Positions 19,544 to 28,860 of a stretch of 34,638 nt of DNA are shown here, piece after piece. The notes beneath the pieces are model-generated. The model worked only from the letters and a program-made list of their open reading frames with translations. It was not told where the DNA came from and ran no database searches. Each line of letters opens with the position of its first letter. Positions within the stretch are counted from its first letter, which is position 1. This stretch comes from an uncultured Synechococcus sp. (lineage in GTDB: Bacteria; Cyanobacteriota; Cyanobacteriia; PCC-6307; Cyanobiaceae): the NCBI GenBank assembly GCA_913042965.1, contig CAJWLE010000001.1:1-34638 (forward strand), given 5' to 3'. The position numbers and the translations under genes are program-made.

Positions 19544-20017
19544 TCAGGATCCACCATCGCGTGGCGTGGTGCCCGCGGGACCTCCATCGGGCTGGGCCGG
19601 TTTTAACTCCGGCCCCTCCTGCAACCACTGCTCCAAGAGCAGGGCAGCAGCCGCACTATCCAGTCGACCACTGCGATCACCAGCGAGACCATGGCGTTCC
19701 GCGGCAGCCCAGGTACTGCTGTGTTCATTGACCCAGGCCAGGGGGAGCTCAAGGGCAGCAGCCAAGCGCAACCCATAGCGGCGGCAGTGCACCGCCTGTT
19801 CTGTGGGATCTCCGGCCGCATCGAGGGGCAGACCCACCACCAGGCCCTGCACATGGCGTTCACGGCAGTGGCGTCGCAACAACGTCAGGTCAGCTTCAAA
19901 GCGGCCGCGATGCAATGCAGGCAGAGGGGTCACCGTGATGCCGAGGCCATCGCAACCGGCCAGGCCGATACGACGACGGCCCACATCCAGGCTGAGGACT
20001 GAGCAGGGAACGGGCAC
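19544..20017 (-). CDS. ruvX: YqgF/RuvX pre-16S rRNA nuclease (Holliday junction resolvase-like)
   Basis: LSLDVGRRRIGLA, VVGLP, VNEHSST, DSAAAALLL; GTG 20017 follows the upstream stop. Confidence 0.92.
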   Translation of the reverse strand: MPVPCSVLSLDVGRRRIGLAGCDGLGITVTPLPALHRGRFEADLTLLRRHCRERHVQGLVVGLPLDAAGDPTEQAVHCRRYGLRLAAALELPLAWVNEHSSTWAAAERHGLAGDRSGRLDSAAAALLLEQWLQEGPELKPAQPDGGPAGTTPRDGGS

Positions 20018-20018
20018 C

Positions 20019-21014
20019 TCAGCGGCGACCGAGGCTGGGGGAGGGGAACGGTTGCCCCTGGGGGCGCAAGCGGCCGAAAACCTGATCCAGTGAGCGGCTG
20101 AGCTGAGCGTTGCGGGGCGTCGTCTGACGGCGCCAGAGACTGCGACCAAGCAACAACTGCTCCTCTCCGCGCGTCCAGCCCTGGTCCAGCAGACGTTCTG
20201 CCATCTGAGCATCATCCAGTGCAGTCACAAGGCTGGCGGAGGCCTGGGAGCCATGAATCCGCTGAAGCACATAAGGGAGAGCGTGATCGAGGCGTGGGTC
20301 CCAGGCCACATCGCGCATCAGTTCAAGCTGACGGGCTTGTCCTCGCTCATTCAACTGCAAACAACCGGCCAGAACCGTGTCGCCAGCGAGGAGAACACCG
20401 CAGCCGACACCACGACGATCCAGGAGATCAAGCCAATGGCGATCGGTGATCTGGCGCAGATGGCTGAAACAGCCGCCCTGCTCAAGCGGCCATAAACGCT
20501 GGGCGTTGCGACGATTGATCGGTTGCCATGCCAGACCCGGCTGTAAAGGAGCTGCGTCCTTGAACGGCCCCGAGGGAGGCAGCCAGACCTGGAATGGACG
20601 CAAGGGCTGAAAACCAAGCTCGCGCAGCAGAGCGATGGCGTCGGCATCGGCCGCTGGACAGCGAATCACCCAGCTGCGCACCTGGTGTTCTCCCCGCTGA
20701 ACAGCCGCTTGGAGAAGAGTGCGTTGAACGGTTCGGCGGCTGACCTGAGCACTGGTGCGCAGCTGCTGAGGCCAGTGCAGGGTCCAGCAGCTGCCGCGCC
20801 GATTGATCGGATGGGAGACCGCGGCTGCCAGGGGGCCATCCGCATCAACGCCAACGACACAACGGGGGGAGCGGCTGGGCAGAAGATCTGGAAAGCGCTG
20901 CTCGATCCGGGCGGCCAGATCACCCAACAACACACCTTGCAACTGGGGAAACCAGGCAAGGTGCGTTGGATTGAGTGGTTCAACCTTGAGGGTGGAGCAG
21001 GGGCCCTGAGTCAT
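20019..21014 (-). CDS. Conserved hypothetical protein, probable GNAT fold
   Basis: Fills the operon slot; ALLRELGFQPL resembles GNAT motif B; start uncertain. Confidence 0.7.
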   Translation of the reverse strand: MTQGPCSTLKVEPLNPTHLAWFPQLQGVLLGDLAARIEQRFPDLLPSRSPRCVVGVDADGPLAAAVSHPINRRGSCWTLHWPQQLRTSAQVSRRTVQRTLLQAAVQRGEHQVRSWVIRCPAADADAIALLRELGFQPLRPFQVWLPPSGPFKDAAPLQPGLAWQPINRRNAQRLWPLEQGGCFSHLRQITDRHWLDLLDRRGVGCGVLLAGDTVLAGCLQLNERGQARQLELMRDVAWDPRLDHALPYVLQRIHGSQASASLVTALDDAQMAERLLDQGWTRGEEQLLLGRSLWRRQTTPRNAQLSRSLDQVFGRLRPQGQPFPSPSLGRR

Positions 21015-21057
21015 CACATCCCCCCCCAGCCAATAACTCAACCCAATCTAGTGCTCA

Positions 21058-22227
21058 TCACAGGGTGGGACGCACGAGCACCAGAGGGGTGCGCTGGTTG
21101 GCGTTTCCTGCTGGATTCGGCTTGAGCGCTCGCGTCAGCAGATCTTCATCACAGCCAGGGCTGGAGGCCAGCACTTTGACGCGACCGAGATCGTTGACGT
21201 CAACGATGGCAACGGCGACACCCAGTGCTGATGCGGCCTCCTCGCAGAACGCCTGCGAACGGTCCGGCCCCAGAACAATCGTCTGGTCATAGGGAGGCGT
21301 TGTACCGGTGATGTCGTCGATCAACCGCGCCTGATCACCGGCCAACCGATAAAAGCCGCCGGGGACACCTGCCAATTTCAACAGCAAACCACCAATCCAT
21401 GCGCACACCACCCGTGTCGGCCCGACGAGATCGATCAGAGTCTGCATTCCGCAGGCCGTGGCCAGGCTGCTGGTGGGATGGAAAACGCGGCAGGCCAGAC
21501 GGGCCACCAGACCAGGATTCACTTCACTGGGGTGTCGATAACGGCCTTGGATGACCGCCAAAGGCGTTTCCCCAAGTGTGAGCACATCACCTGGCTGAAC
21601 AACGTTTTCGGCGTAGCGGCGCAAAACCTCGATCGGATCGTCCAGGGGGCCGAGCAGGTGGGTGCGCAGAGGAAGCACCTGGCAACGCTCTCCGGATTGG
21701 AATGAAGCGTCGGCTGCCGATATGGGGTTCGGGCGACGCAGTGGAACCAACACACCCTGGCGTCGAGGCAGCCGACCGAACGGTCCGTAATTGATCCAAT
21801 GAATCTCAACCCAGAGGCTGTCAACGACGCTCTGAGCCTCGGGGCCGCTGATCGTGATGCTGACCCGAGCGCGGGTGCTGCGCCGCCCTTTGACGATGTA
21901 AGCCGCCCAGTAGCCATCAGCGCGCGACTCCTCGTCGGGATGCTGGGCTTCGATCCGGGTGGTCACCTGCAGGCCAGAGGGATCGGCCTGCCCCAGCAAC
22001 ACCGGATCAACCCTCAGCTCGGGGACGAACACCTCCATGCGTCGGTGGGGATTACTGATCTCCAGCCAACCCGTCACGTGGATCGTGTCGCCGTCGTTCT
22101 GAACACTCCAATCTCTGGGACTGAGCCGCAAAGGGGACGCGGGACGAAGCCGATGACGCAGTTCGAGCCAGGTGACTCCGAGTCCCAGGGCCAACGGAGC
22201 GATCAGCACAGACAAAGCGTCTACCAA
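21058..22227 (-). CDS. F420-0:gamma-glutamyl ligase-like family protein
   Basis: N-terminal TM; ETPLAVIQG, HPTSSLATACG, IDDITGTTPPYD, IVDVNDLG, NPAGNANQRTP. Confidence 0.8.
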   Translation of the reverse strand: MVDALSVLIAPLALGLGVTWLELRHRLRPASPLRLSPRDWSVQNDGDTIHVTGWLEISNPHRRMEVFVPELRVDPVLLGQADPSGLQVTTRIEAQHPDEESRADGYWAAYIVKGRRSTRARVSITISGPEAQSVVDSLWVEIHWINYGPFGRLPRRQGVLVPLRRPNPISAADASFQSGERCQVLPLRTHLLGPLDDPIEVLRRYAENVVQPGDVLTLGETPLAVIQGRYRHPSEVNPGLVARLACRVFHPTSSLATACGMQTLIDLVGPTRVVCAWIGGLLLKLAGVPGGFYRLAGDQARLIDDITGTTPPYDQTIVLGPDRSQAFCEEAASALGVAVAIVDVNDLGRVKVLASSPGCDEDLLTRALKPNPAGNANQRTPLVLVRPTL

Positions 22228-22278
22228 AGTTCGCCGCAGCGTAAAGCTGCATCAGCGGTCCACACTCGATCCGATGCG

Positions 22279-22821
22279 TTATCCGGATGTGACCTCGATA
22301 TTCACCTCGTTGAAGCTGCCCTCCTGATCGAGTGACGGCAACTCCGGCGCCGGAAGACCTGTGGCCTCGCTGATCCCCGCATTGATCTCGTTCAGAGGAA
22401 CCTGCCCCTCCTGGTCAAACATCACACGCCCGTCGGGACCGATCACAACCACTTGCGGAATCAAACCGTGCCAGTAGCTGGCCGGATCAGAGGGGCCCGT
22501 CGCCTCGCGGCCCTGCAGAGGGTCAACGGTGAGCGGCAGAAGATCGATGTTGCGCCCCCACAGCCGTTGCAGCTCTGACACCACAGGAGCAAAACGTTTG
22601 CTCACGGCGCTGTCATCGAGGTAGTAAACAATCACGGCGGTGCGCCCCTGATCCAGGGCTTCCGACAGGGGATTGGCGGGGGGAACCAAGGAGCCATTGC
22701 CGGCATAGAGGGCATAGATATTGCCGTCGTAACGATCGTCGTTGAGAACGGCCTGAGCAGGGGTAACCACAAACAGCAGAGCAGCAAGAAGGCTCAGAGC
22801 GCGAACCAGTAGACAGCCCAT
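22279..22821 (-). CDS. Thioredoxin-like thylakoid protein (photosystem I accumulation factor family)
   Basis: Signal peptide, DRYDGNIYALYAGNGSLVPP, YLDDS, IPQVVV. Confidence 0.8.
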   Translation of the reverse strand: MGCLLVRALSLLAALLFVVTPAQAVLNDDRYDGNIYALYAGNGSLVPPANPLSEALDQGRTAVIVYYLDDSAVSKRFAPVVSELQRLWGRNIDLLPLTVDPLQGREATGPSDPASYWHGLIPQVVVIGPDGRVMFDQEGQVPLNEINAGISEATGLPAPELPSLDQEGSFNEVNIEVTSG

Positions 22822-22851
22822 CAAGCCGAGGTCGGAACGGCCATTGTGGCC

Positions 22852-24471
22852 TCAGCCACGCCCCAGGCCACGACCCATGCCCTGGGCGATGCCACGACCG
22901 ATCAGACCGATCGCCCGTCCGAGCACCTGGGTGAGCAGAACCACCGCCAGATCTCCCAGGCGTTGGATCACAGCCTGAACCTGGGGAGCCAGAGCGTCAC
23001 GGGTTTCCAGCAGCAGGGCCACCTGACGCTGCCACCAACCCAGCTGGTTGAGCTCTTCATCACGGGGCTCGGTGAGCAGGCGCGGTTGGATCCGACCGCC
23101 ACGCAGCTCAAACAGCAATCGTCTGCTCTCGTAAAGCTGAATGGGGCGCTCGATCCAGTCCGCCCAGCGAAGCTGACTGTTCAGCTGATTCCGCACACGA
23201 TCCAGTTCACGGGTTGCCAGCAACCGCTCCCCAAGCAAGTAGCGGCGCAACTCAGGCCAGCTTCCGCATGCCTCCAGCAGCTCGGCACCGATCAGCTCAG
23301 CGGTGCGCACCAACCAGTTGCTGACCAGCGTCTCCAACTGCAGCAGGGCACGGGGATCATCTGCCGGCAGCAGCTGACCATTCACCAACACGGGCTGATC
23401 AGCCAGAAGCGGCGCCAGCATCCCGATGGGATCCGGGAGGTCTTCGTCCTCATCAGTGAATTCGGCATCGTCCAGCAGTGCTGCCGCCACTGGCAGCAGC
23501 GCACCGTTCCGCGGGATCCGCACGTAGCTTCCAGCCATCGACGTCAGCGCCTGCCGCCGCAGTTCCGGCTGCAGATCATTCCAGCAATCGGGATCCAGCT
23601 CTTCCCGCCGCAAACGAGCCAGCAGCTGATCAAGTTGCTGCAGCAGGGCCAGCAGCAACTCCCGGCGCCGCTCCGGTTGAAGAGCTTCAATCGCCAAAAG
23701 CCTGCCGGTTGCATTGCTGAGGCCTGCCTGCACCGCATCAGCGAGACGGTCATGGATCGAGTCCCAGACCGCCGCGGCATTGCGCTGGCGCAACGTGATC
23801 GATGTGGAGTCGTGATCATCGGAGGACAGACGAGATGCCCCCTTGAGAGGAACGGCATCCACCAAACCCATCTGCAATGGTCCCCATAGCCACAACAACA
23901 GCGCACGAGCCTGGTGCAGCTCACGGCAGCGGCCCTCCAGAAGAAACCTCAGCAGGCCTTCCTTCGGTGGGGGCTTCAGCATCGCTTCGATCACCTGCAG
24001 ATCGTTGCTGATCTGTTGCAGGCCGCTCACCAGCAACCACTGGCCCAGGCCCATGGCCGGTGAGATGGTCTGGCTGGGCGGCGATGCAGACGCCTGAAGC
24101 TGAACCACACGACCACCGCTGAGCATGGTTTCGATGGCATCCGTCAATTGCTCCACACCGCCGCTCTGCAGCAGGCCCTCTGCCCCGAGAGCCAGTAGCT
24201 GATCCCTGCTTGCGGTGAACGATTCAGGCAGCAGTAACAACAGTGGTGCCGGCTGCCAACGCTCCTGCAACCGCCGCACCTCCTGCTGCAACGCCGGCAA
24301 AGACAGCAGGGCATCGATGGACCAGATCACCATCTTCGGTGCGCCCTTCAGCTGTTCCGCCTTCAGAACCACGTTCCAACCGGACATTCGGCTGGTCAGC
24401 TGCAGAGCAAGAGACTCTCCGAATGGCTCCGGAGCCAACAGCAACATCCGCACTGGAGAGGAGGCAGCCAA
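22852..24471 (-). CDS. DUF3685 / Ycf55-like protein with degenerate receiver domain
   Basis: GLGQWLLVSGLQQI, STREL-like ATRELDRVRNQLN, IQLYESRR, LETRDALAP, GRAIGLIGRGIAQGMG; start may be ATG 24447. Confidence 0.85.
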   Translation of the reverse strand: MAASSPVRMLLLAPEPFGESLALQLTSRMSGWNVVLKAEQLKGAPKMVIWSIDALLSLPALQQEVRRLQERWQPAPLLLLLPESFTASRDQLLALGAEGLLQSGGVEQLTDAIETMLSGGRVVQLQASASPPSQTISPAMGLGQWLLVSGLQQISNDLQVIEAMLKPPPKEGLLRFLLEGRCRELHQARALLLWLWGPLQMGLVDAVPLKGASRLSSDDHDSTSITLRQRNAAAVWDSIHDRLADAVQAGLSNATGRLLAIEALQPERRRELLLALLQQLDQLLARLRREELDPDCWNDLQPELRRQALTSMAGSYVRIPRNGALLPVAAALLDDAEFTDEDEDLPDPIGMLAPLLADQPVLVNGQLLPADDPRALLQLETLVSNWLVRTAELIGAELLEACGSWPELRRYLLGERLLATRELDRVRNQLNSQLRWADWIERPIQLYESRRLLFELRGGRIQPRLLTEPRDEELNQLGWWQRQVALLLETRDALAPQVQAVIQRLGDLAVVLLTQVLGRAIGLIGRGIAQGMGRGLGRG

Positions 24472-24513
24472 GCGGAAACAAGAGACGATGTCGTCAAGGT
24501 ACCGAGCCTTGGC

Positions 24514-24969
24514 TCAGTTCTCCAGGGTGCGGCGACCGTTCAGTTGAAGGGTGTACGACTCAATACGAAAGCCGGACGTCTGCTCAATTCGATCGAGAAG
24601 ATCGGCAGGTAGTTCGACGTCGATGTCCTCAATGGACCCGGTGTCCAGACAGGTGAGATGACTGTGGGGGTCACTGCGGTAGCCGTATAAGCGACCACTG
24701 GCTCGATCGAGACACTCAATCACTCCAGCGGACTGGAGCGCCTCCAGATTTTGATAGACAGATGTATGGCCGATGCTTCGACCTCTTGAGTTGAGCTTTT
24801 CGAAAATGTCGCGCGCGCTGAGGTGACTTTTTTCAGTCCAGAGCAGATCCAGCACCATGCGCCGCTGACGGCTCAGACGCATCCCCAGATCGCGGCACTG
24901 TTCGAAAACATCATTGAGACCTCGGGTGGAGGTGACGTTCACTTCGGAAGTGGCGTCGCGCCTTAACAC
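24514..24969 (-). CDS. furC: Fur-family regulator, FurC/PerR type
   Basis: GMRLSRQRR, HLSARDI, IGHTSVYQNLEAL, GRLYG, HSHLTCLDT match the cyanobacterial FurC pattern (no CxxC pairs). Confidence 0.85.
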   Translation of the reverse strand: MLRRDATSEVNVTSTRGLNDVFEQCRDLGMRLSRQRRMVLDLLWTEKSHLSARDIFEKLNSRGRSIGHTSVYQNLEALQSAGVIECLDRASGRLYGYRSDPHSHLTCLDTGSIEDIDVELPADLLDRIEQTSGFRIESYTLQLNGRRTLEN

Positions 24970-25018
24970 GTGGGGGTCGTCATTAAAGACACTTTAAGGC
25001 GCGTCGATCACCGATGCA

Positions 25019-25786
25019 TCAGGCCAGATCAGCCGAACAGTTCGTGACATCCTGCAGCCGAGATTCCGCCAGAGCCTGAATCGACTCCGCCAAATCGACT
25101 CGACCGTCATACAAGGCCCGACCAACAATCACGCCACTCACGCCAAGGGGCTCCAGAGGAAGAAGAGAGAGCAGATCAGCCATGCAGCCAATGCCACCGG
25201 ATGCGATCACAGGAACCGTGCTGGCCTGAGCCATGGCCCGCAAAGCGTCGAGGTTGGGGCCCGCCAGAGTTCCATCAGTGGCGATATCGGTGGTGATGAT
25301 CGCCGCGATTCCTGCATCGCTGAATTGCTGGGCCAGATCCGTTGCAAGAACGTCGCTTTGCTCAATCCAGCCGCGGGTCGCCACCCGACCATCCTTGGCG
25401 TCGATCCCCACCACGATCCGACCGGGATAGCGCTTGGCCAGATCCGTCACCAGGACGGGTTGCTCAATCGCCACCGTGCCGAGAATCACCCGGTCGAGCC
25501 CACAGGCCAGCAGATCTGCAGCCCGCTCCAGCGAACGCACCCCGCCCCCCAGCTGGACCGGAATATCCAGTGCCGAAGTGATGGCACGAACCGCTGCGTC
25601 GTTCACCGGTTCTCCACGTTTGGCACCGTCGAGGTCGACCAGATGCAAGCGACTGGCCCCCTGTTCCTGCCAGCTACGGGCCTGTGCAACGGGGTCATCG
25701 CTGAAGCGGGTCACCTGGTCGTAATCGCCCTGATGCAAGCGAACGCAGGCACCGTCCAGCAGATCGATAGCGGGAATGATCTCCAT
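25019..25786 (-). CDS. hisA: ProFAR isomerase
   Basis: IIPAIDL, VRLHQGDY, LHLVDLDGA, QLGGGVR, TDIATDGTL, ASGG, GRALY. Confidence 0.97.
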   Translation of the reverse strand: MEIIPAIDLLDGACVRLHQGDYDQVTRFSDDPVAQARSWQEQGASRLHLVDLDGAKRGEPVNDAAVRAITSALDIPVQLGGGVRSLERAADLLACGLDRVILGTVAIEQPVLVTDLAKRYPGRIVVGIDAKDGRVATRGWIEQSDVLATDLAQQFSDAGIAAIITTDIATDGTLAGPNLDALRAMAQASTVPVIASGGIGCMADLLSLLPLEPLGVSGVIVGRALYDGRVDLAESIQALAESRLQDVTNCSADLA

Positions 25787-25857
25787 CACAGGCAACCGTC
25801 GAACAACCATCCTGCAGCTCCACGCTTCAATGGATTGCTGTTGTGCAGTGGGCTGCT

Positions 25858-26778
25858 GTGAAGATCCTGGTGATGGGGGGAACCCGTTTTGTTGGCAAGC
25901 CCCTGGTGGCTCGTCTGCAGGCTCAGGGCCACGAGCTCACCCTGTTCACGCGCGGAAAGAATCCCGTTCCATCAGGGGTTGAGCACCTGAGCGGCGACCG
26001 AAGCAGCGTTGAAGGACTGACGGCTCTTCAAGGGCGCCGTTTCGACGTGATCATCGACAGTTCCGGAAGGACACTGGAGGACAGCCGCCGTGTGATCTCC
26101 CTCACCGGTGCACCAAGCCATCGCTTTGTTTATGTGAGTTCGGCAGGGGTGTACGCAGGATCTGATCAGTGGCCCCTTACAGAGGAAAGCCCCACTGATC
26201 CCAAAAGCCGCCACGCGGGCAAAGCCGACACCGAGCGCTGGTTGACGTCGGAGGGGATTCCTTTCACCAGTTTCCGACCGACGTACATCTACGGACCTGG
26301 CAATTACAACCCGATCGAGCGCTGGTTCTTTGATCGGATTCTGCACAACCGCCCTGTTCCTCTCCCGGGCACAGGCAGCACGATCACCCAGCTGGGGCAT
26401 GTGGATGATCTGGCGGAGGCTATGGCGCGCTGCATTGATGTGGAGGCAGCCACCAACAGGATTTACAACTGCTCCGGCAAGCAGGGCATCACCTTCAAGG
26501 GTTTGATCCGAGCCGCTGCGGTGGCCTGTGGTCGAGACCCCGCCAGCGTGGAGATGCGCAGTTTTGATCCTTCCAACCTCGACCCCAAGGCCCGCAAGGC
26601 CTTCCCTTTGCGGCTGGACCATTTCCTCACCGACATCACAAGGGTCGAACGGGAACTGGCCTGGCAACCGCGCTTCGACCTGGCAACCGGCCTGGCCAAC
26701 AGCTACAGCCAGGACATCGCGGTGAAACCCACGACTGAACCGGACTTCAGCTCTGATGCAACGCTGATCGGGGCCTGA
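25858..26778 (+). CDS. NAD-dependent epimerase/dehydratase family, CSP41-like RNA-binding protein
   Basis: KILVMGGTRFVG, YVSSAGVY, RPTYIYGPGNYNPIERWFFDR, TQLGHV, RKAFPLR. Confidence 0.88.
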   Translation: MKILVMGGTRFVGKPLVARLQAQGHELTLFTRGKNPVPSGVEHLSGDRSSVEGLTALQGRRFDVIIDSSGRTLEDSRRVISLTGAPSHRFVYVSSAGVYAGSDQWPLTEESPTDPKSRHAGKADTERWLTSEGIPFTSFRPTYIYGPGNYNPIERWFFDRILHNRPVPLPGTGSTITQLGHVDDLAEAMARCIDVEAATNRIYNCSGKQGITFKGLIRAAAVACGRDPASVEMRSFDPSNLDPKARKAFPLRLDHFLTDITRVERELAWQPRFDLATGLANSYSQDIAVKPTTEPDFSSDATLIGA

Positions 26779-27283
26779 GATAGGCCGTTGCCGAACCCAC
26801 AGCCAGCAGCAACGACGGCCAGAACAACCACCAACCCACAGCCACCGCCTGCCCATGGCCGACCCAGCCATCCGGCCATAGCAACAGCAGGAGACTGAGG
26901 AACTGAAGGATGGTTTTGGCCTTTCCGCTGTTCGAGGCCGGAGCTCCATCCTCCGCCTGCGAACGCCAGCCAGAGATCAACAGCTCACGTGCCAACAACA
27001 ACCAAACGGCCCACAGGGGCAGCTGGCCGCTACTGGCAAGCCATAGCAGCGGTGCTGCGATCAGAATCTTGTCCGTGAGGGGATCCAGGCGAGCCCCCCA
27101 GCTGCTGCCACCTCCAGCACGACGGGCCAACCAGCCATCGGCAGCATCACTGAACCCCGCCAGCAGAAGCAACCACCACGCCAACCCGCCGGCACCGGCT
27201 TGCAAAGCCAGGATCAGGGGGAAGCCGGCAATGGCCCTGCCGACAGTGAGGCCATTCGCCAGAGTGCGAAGCGATAACAACAT
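26747..27283 (-). CDS. CDP-alcohol phosphatidyltransferase (PgsA-like)
   Basis: ANGLTVGR, DAADGWLARR...GARLDPLTDK, RELLISGWR, GKAKT. Confidence 0.92.
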   Translation of the reverse strand: MLLSLRTLANGLTVGRAIAGFPLILALQAGAGGLAWWLLLLAGFSDAADGWLARRAGGGSSWGARLDPLTDKILIAAPLLWLASSGQLPLWAVWLLLARELLISGWRSQAEDGAPASNSGKAKTILQFLSLLLLLWPDGWVGHGQAVAVGWWLFWPSLLLAVGSATAYLRPRSALHQS

Positions 27284-27489
27284 CCCCAGAGCATTGATTC
27301 ACATTGAATTGAGGCTATGACTGCTCGATCCAGATGTTCAAAGAGAAGCTTGAGCGAGCTTTAAATCTTCAACAAGGGCATGAGCAGCAAGCCCACGCGA
27401 ATCTGAAACAGCAACATCAACAGCGCGAGTAAAGGGATCCCAAAAGCACCACACACCTTGAGCTAGCACACAATTAACAACACTATTTA

Positions 27490-27699
27490 TCAATTGATTT
27501 TCGTGAATCCTGAAACAGACCATTCAATAAACTTAGACAACAATGCGATTCCAAAAACCCCAAAAAACCATGGCCAAGGCCTTATATTGTAACCAGTTTT
27601 TGCAACCTTAACTTCATTCTTCAGAAGGTCAAACTTAACTTCACTCAAACGCTTTTGCTCTTCGGGAGGCAGGGGATATGGATCCTTAAAACTTGCCAT
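27490..27699 (-). CDS. Small hypothetical membrane protein (69 aa)
   Basis: MASFKDPYPLPPEEQKRL... with TM segment WPWFFGVFGIALLSKFI; AGG upstream of the ATG; AT-rich. Confidence 0.55.
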   Translation of the reverse strand: MASFKDPYPLPPEEQKRLSEVKFDLLKNEVKVAKTGYNIRPWPWFFGVFGIALLSKFIEWSVSGFTKIN

Positions 27700-27930
27700 C
27701 CTGCCCTGTAAAACTCTCAAACACTTTACTATTAATTAAAACAGGTATGGAACGAAAGGCACGAAACATGGCATTTACACTCTCCATACCGATCAATAGA
27801 TACAAGACACACTCCTGAACCGTCTGATGATGAAGCTTCGATGACGGCTTATAGCGTTATCTAAATCAGACCCAAGGCCGAAGAATACATCCATGAGACA
27901 ACAAGAAAAAACAAAACAGGTACAGCCTTT

Positions 27931-28053
27931 TCATCCAAATCGCTCTTGCAGTGCCTCTTCTATTTTCATAAGTGCAGCAATTAACAGGTCCAAAGCAGTC
28001 CATCCTGCAGTCACTGCTCAACCGCCCAAGGCAAGCAAAAGAAATCGTTGAAT
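27931..28053 (-). pseudogene. Possible decayed small-protein gene
   Basis: Frame reads IQRFLLLALGG*AVTAGWTALDLLIAALMKIEEALQERFG* with an internal TGA at 28018-28020 and no clear start. Confidence 0.25.
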
Positions 28054-28386
28054 TTAATTCAAAAGCAACCAAAGCCGACCGCCGACTCGATGAAGGCTCG
28101 AGCCCAGTCGAAGTTCCAACACACCACATCGACTCTCAAAACAAATGAATCAATTCAGAATTAACGCGTTTTTACCTTCATTCAGAATGGGATTCAAGAA
28201 GGATCCAAGGCGTTGAAGTCGTTGGCAACTGAATCATCGATGTGTCTTCTTCATCACCTGTTTGCACTTCAGGGTTTGAAAGGACGGTGCCGTTAACCGA
28301 TAGAGACGCCCAAAAATCTTACGTTTCAACACAGGCCACCACTGAGCTGGGAACATCTCCAGAATGCAATCAGTTCCCGTTCAATC

Positions 28387-28860
28387 ATGGTTCTGCAGCT
28401 TTCGGTGTCCGATGTGATGACCCAGCCTTTGCTGAGCGTCACCCCGGAAACACCCCTGCAGGAGGCCGTTCAATTGATCAACGACCACCACGTGAGCGGG
28501 CTGCCGGTGGTGGATGCTCAGGGGAGCCTGATCGGGGAGCTGAGCGAACAGGATTTGATGGTGCGGGAAAGCGGAGTGGATGCAGGCCCCTACGTGATGC
28601 TTCTCGACAGCGTGATTTACCTGCGCAATCCCTTGAACTGGGATCGCCAGGTGCATCAGGTGCTGGGAACAAGCGTGAACGACCTGATGCGTAAGGACGT
28701 GCACAGCTGCCAGGGAGATCTCCCGCTGCCCAAGGCCGCATCTCTTCTGCACGAACGTGGCACTCAGCGGCTGTTCGTGCTCGATACTGCAAAAAAACCG
28801 GTCGGCGTCGTCACCCGGGGCGACGTGGTGCGCGCCCTCGCTTCCCATGGGCAGGTGTGA
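28387..28860 (+). CDS. CBS domain pair protein
   Basis: VSDVMT, SGLPVVD, GELSEQDL, LDSVIYLRNP, GVVTRGDVVR. Confidence 0.92.
   Translation: MVLQLSVSDVMTQPLLSVTPETPLQEAVQLINDHHVSGLPVVDAQGSLIGELSEQDLMVRESGVDAGPYVMLLDSVIYLRNPLNWDRQVHQVLGTSVNDLMRKDVHSCQGDLPLPKAASLLHERGTQRLFVLDTAKKPVGVVTRGDVVRALASHGQV

Noticed and set aside
22846-23889. 347-aa Gln-rich plus-strand ORF
   Set aside because: Antisense to the Leu-rich DUF3685 gene (CTG read as CAG).
25972-26949. 325-aa minus-strand ORF
   Set aside because: Shadow of the epimerase gene, no motifs.
27820-27847. CTGATGA inside a CCGTC/GACGG hairpin suggesting a hammerhead ribozyme
   Set aside because: No stem II followed by GAAA.
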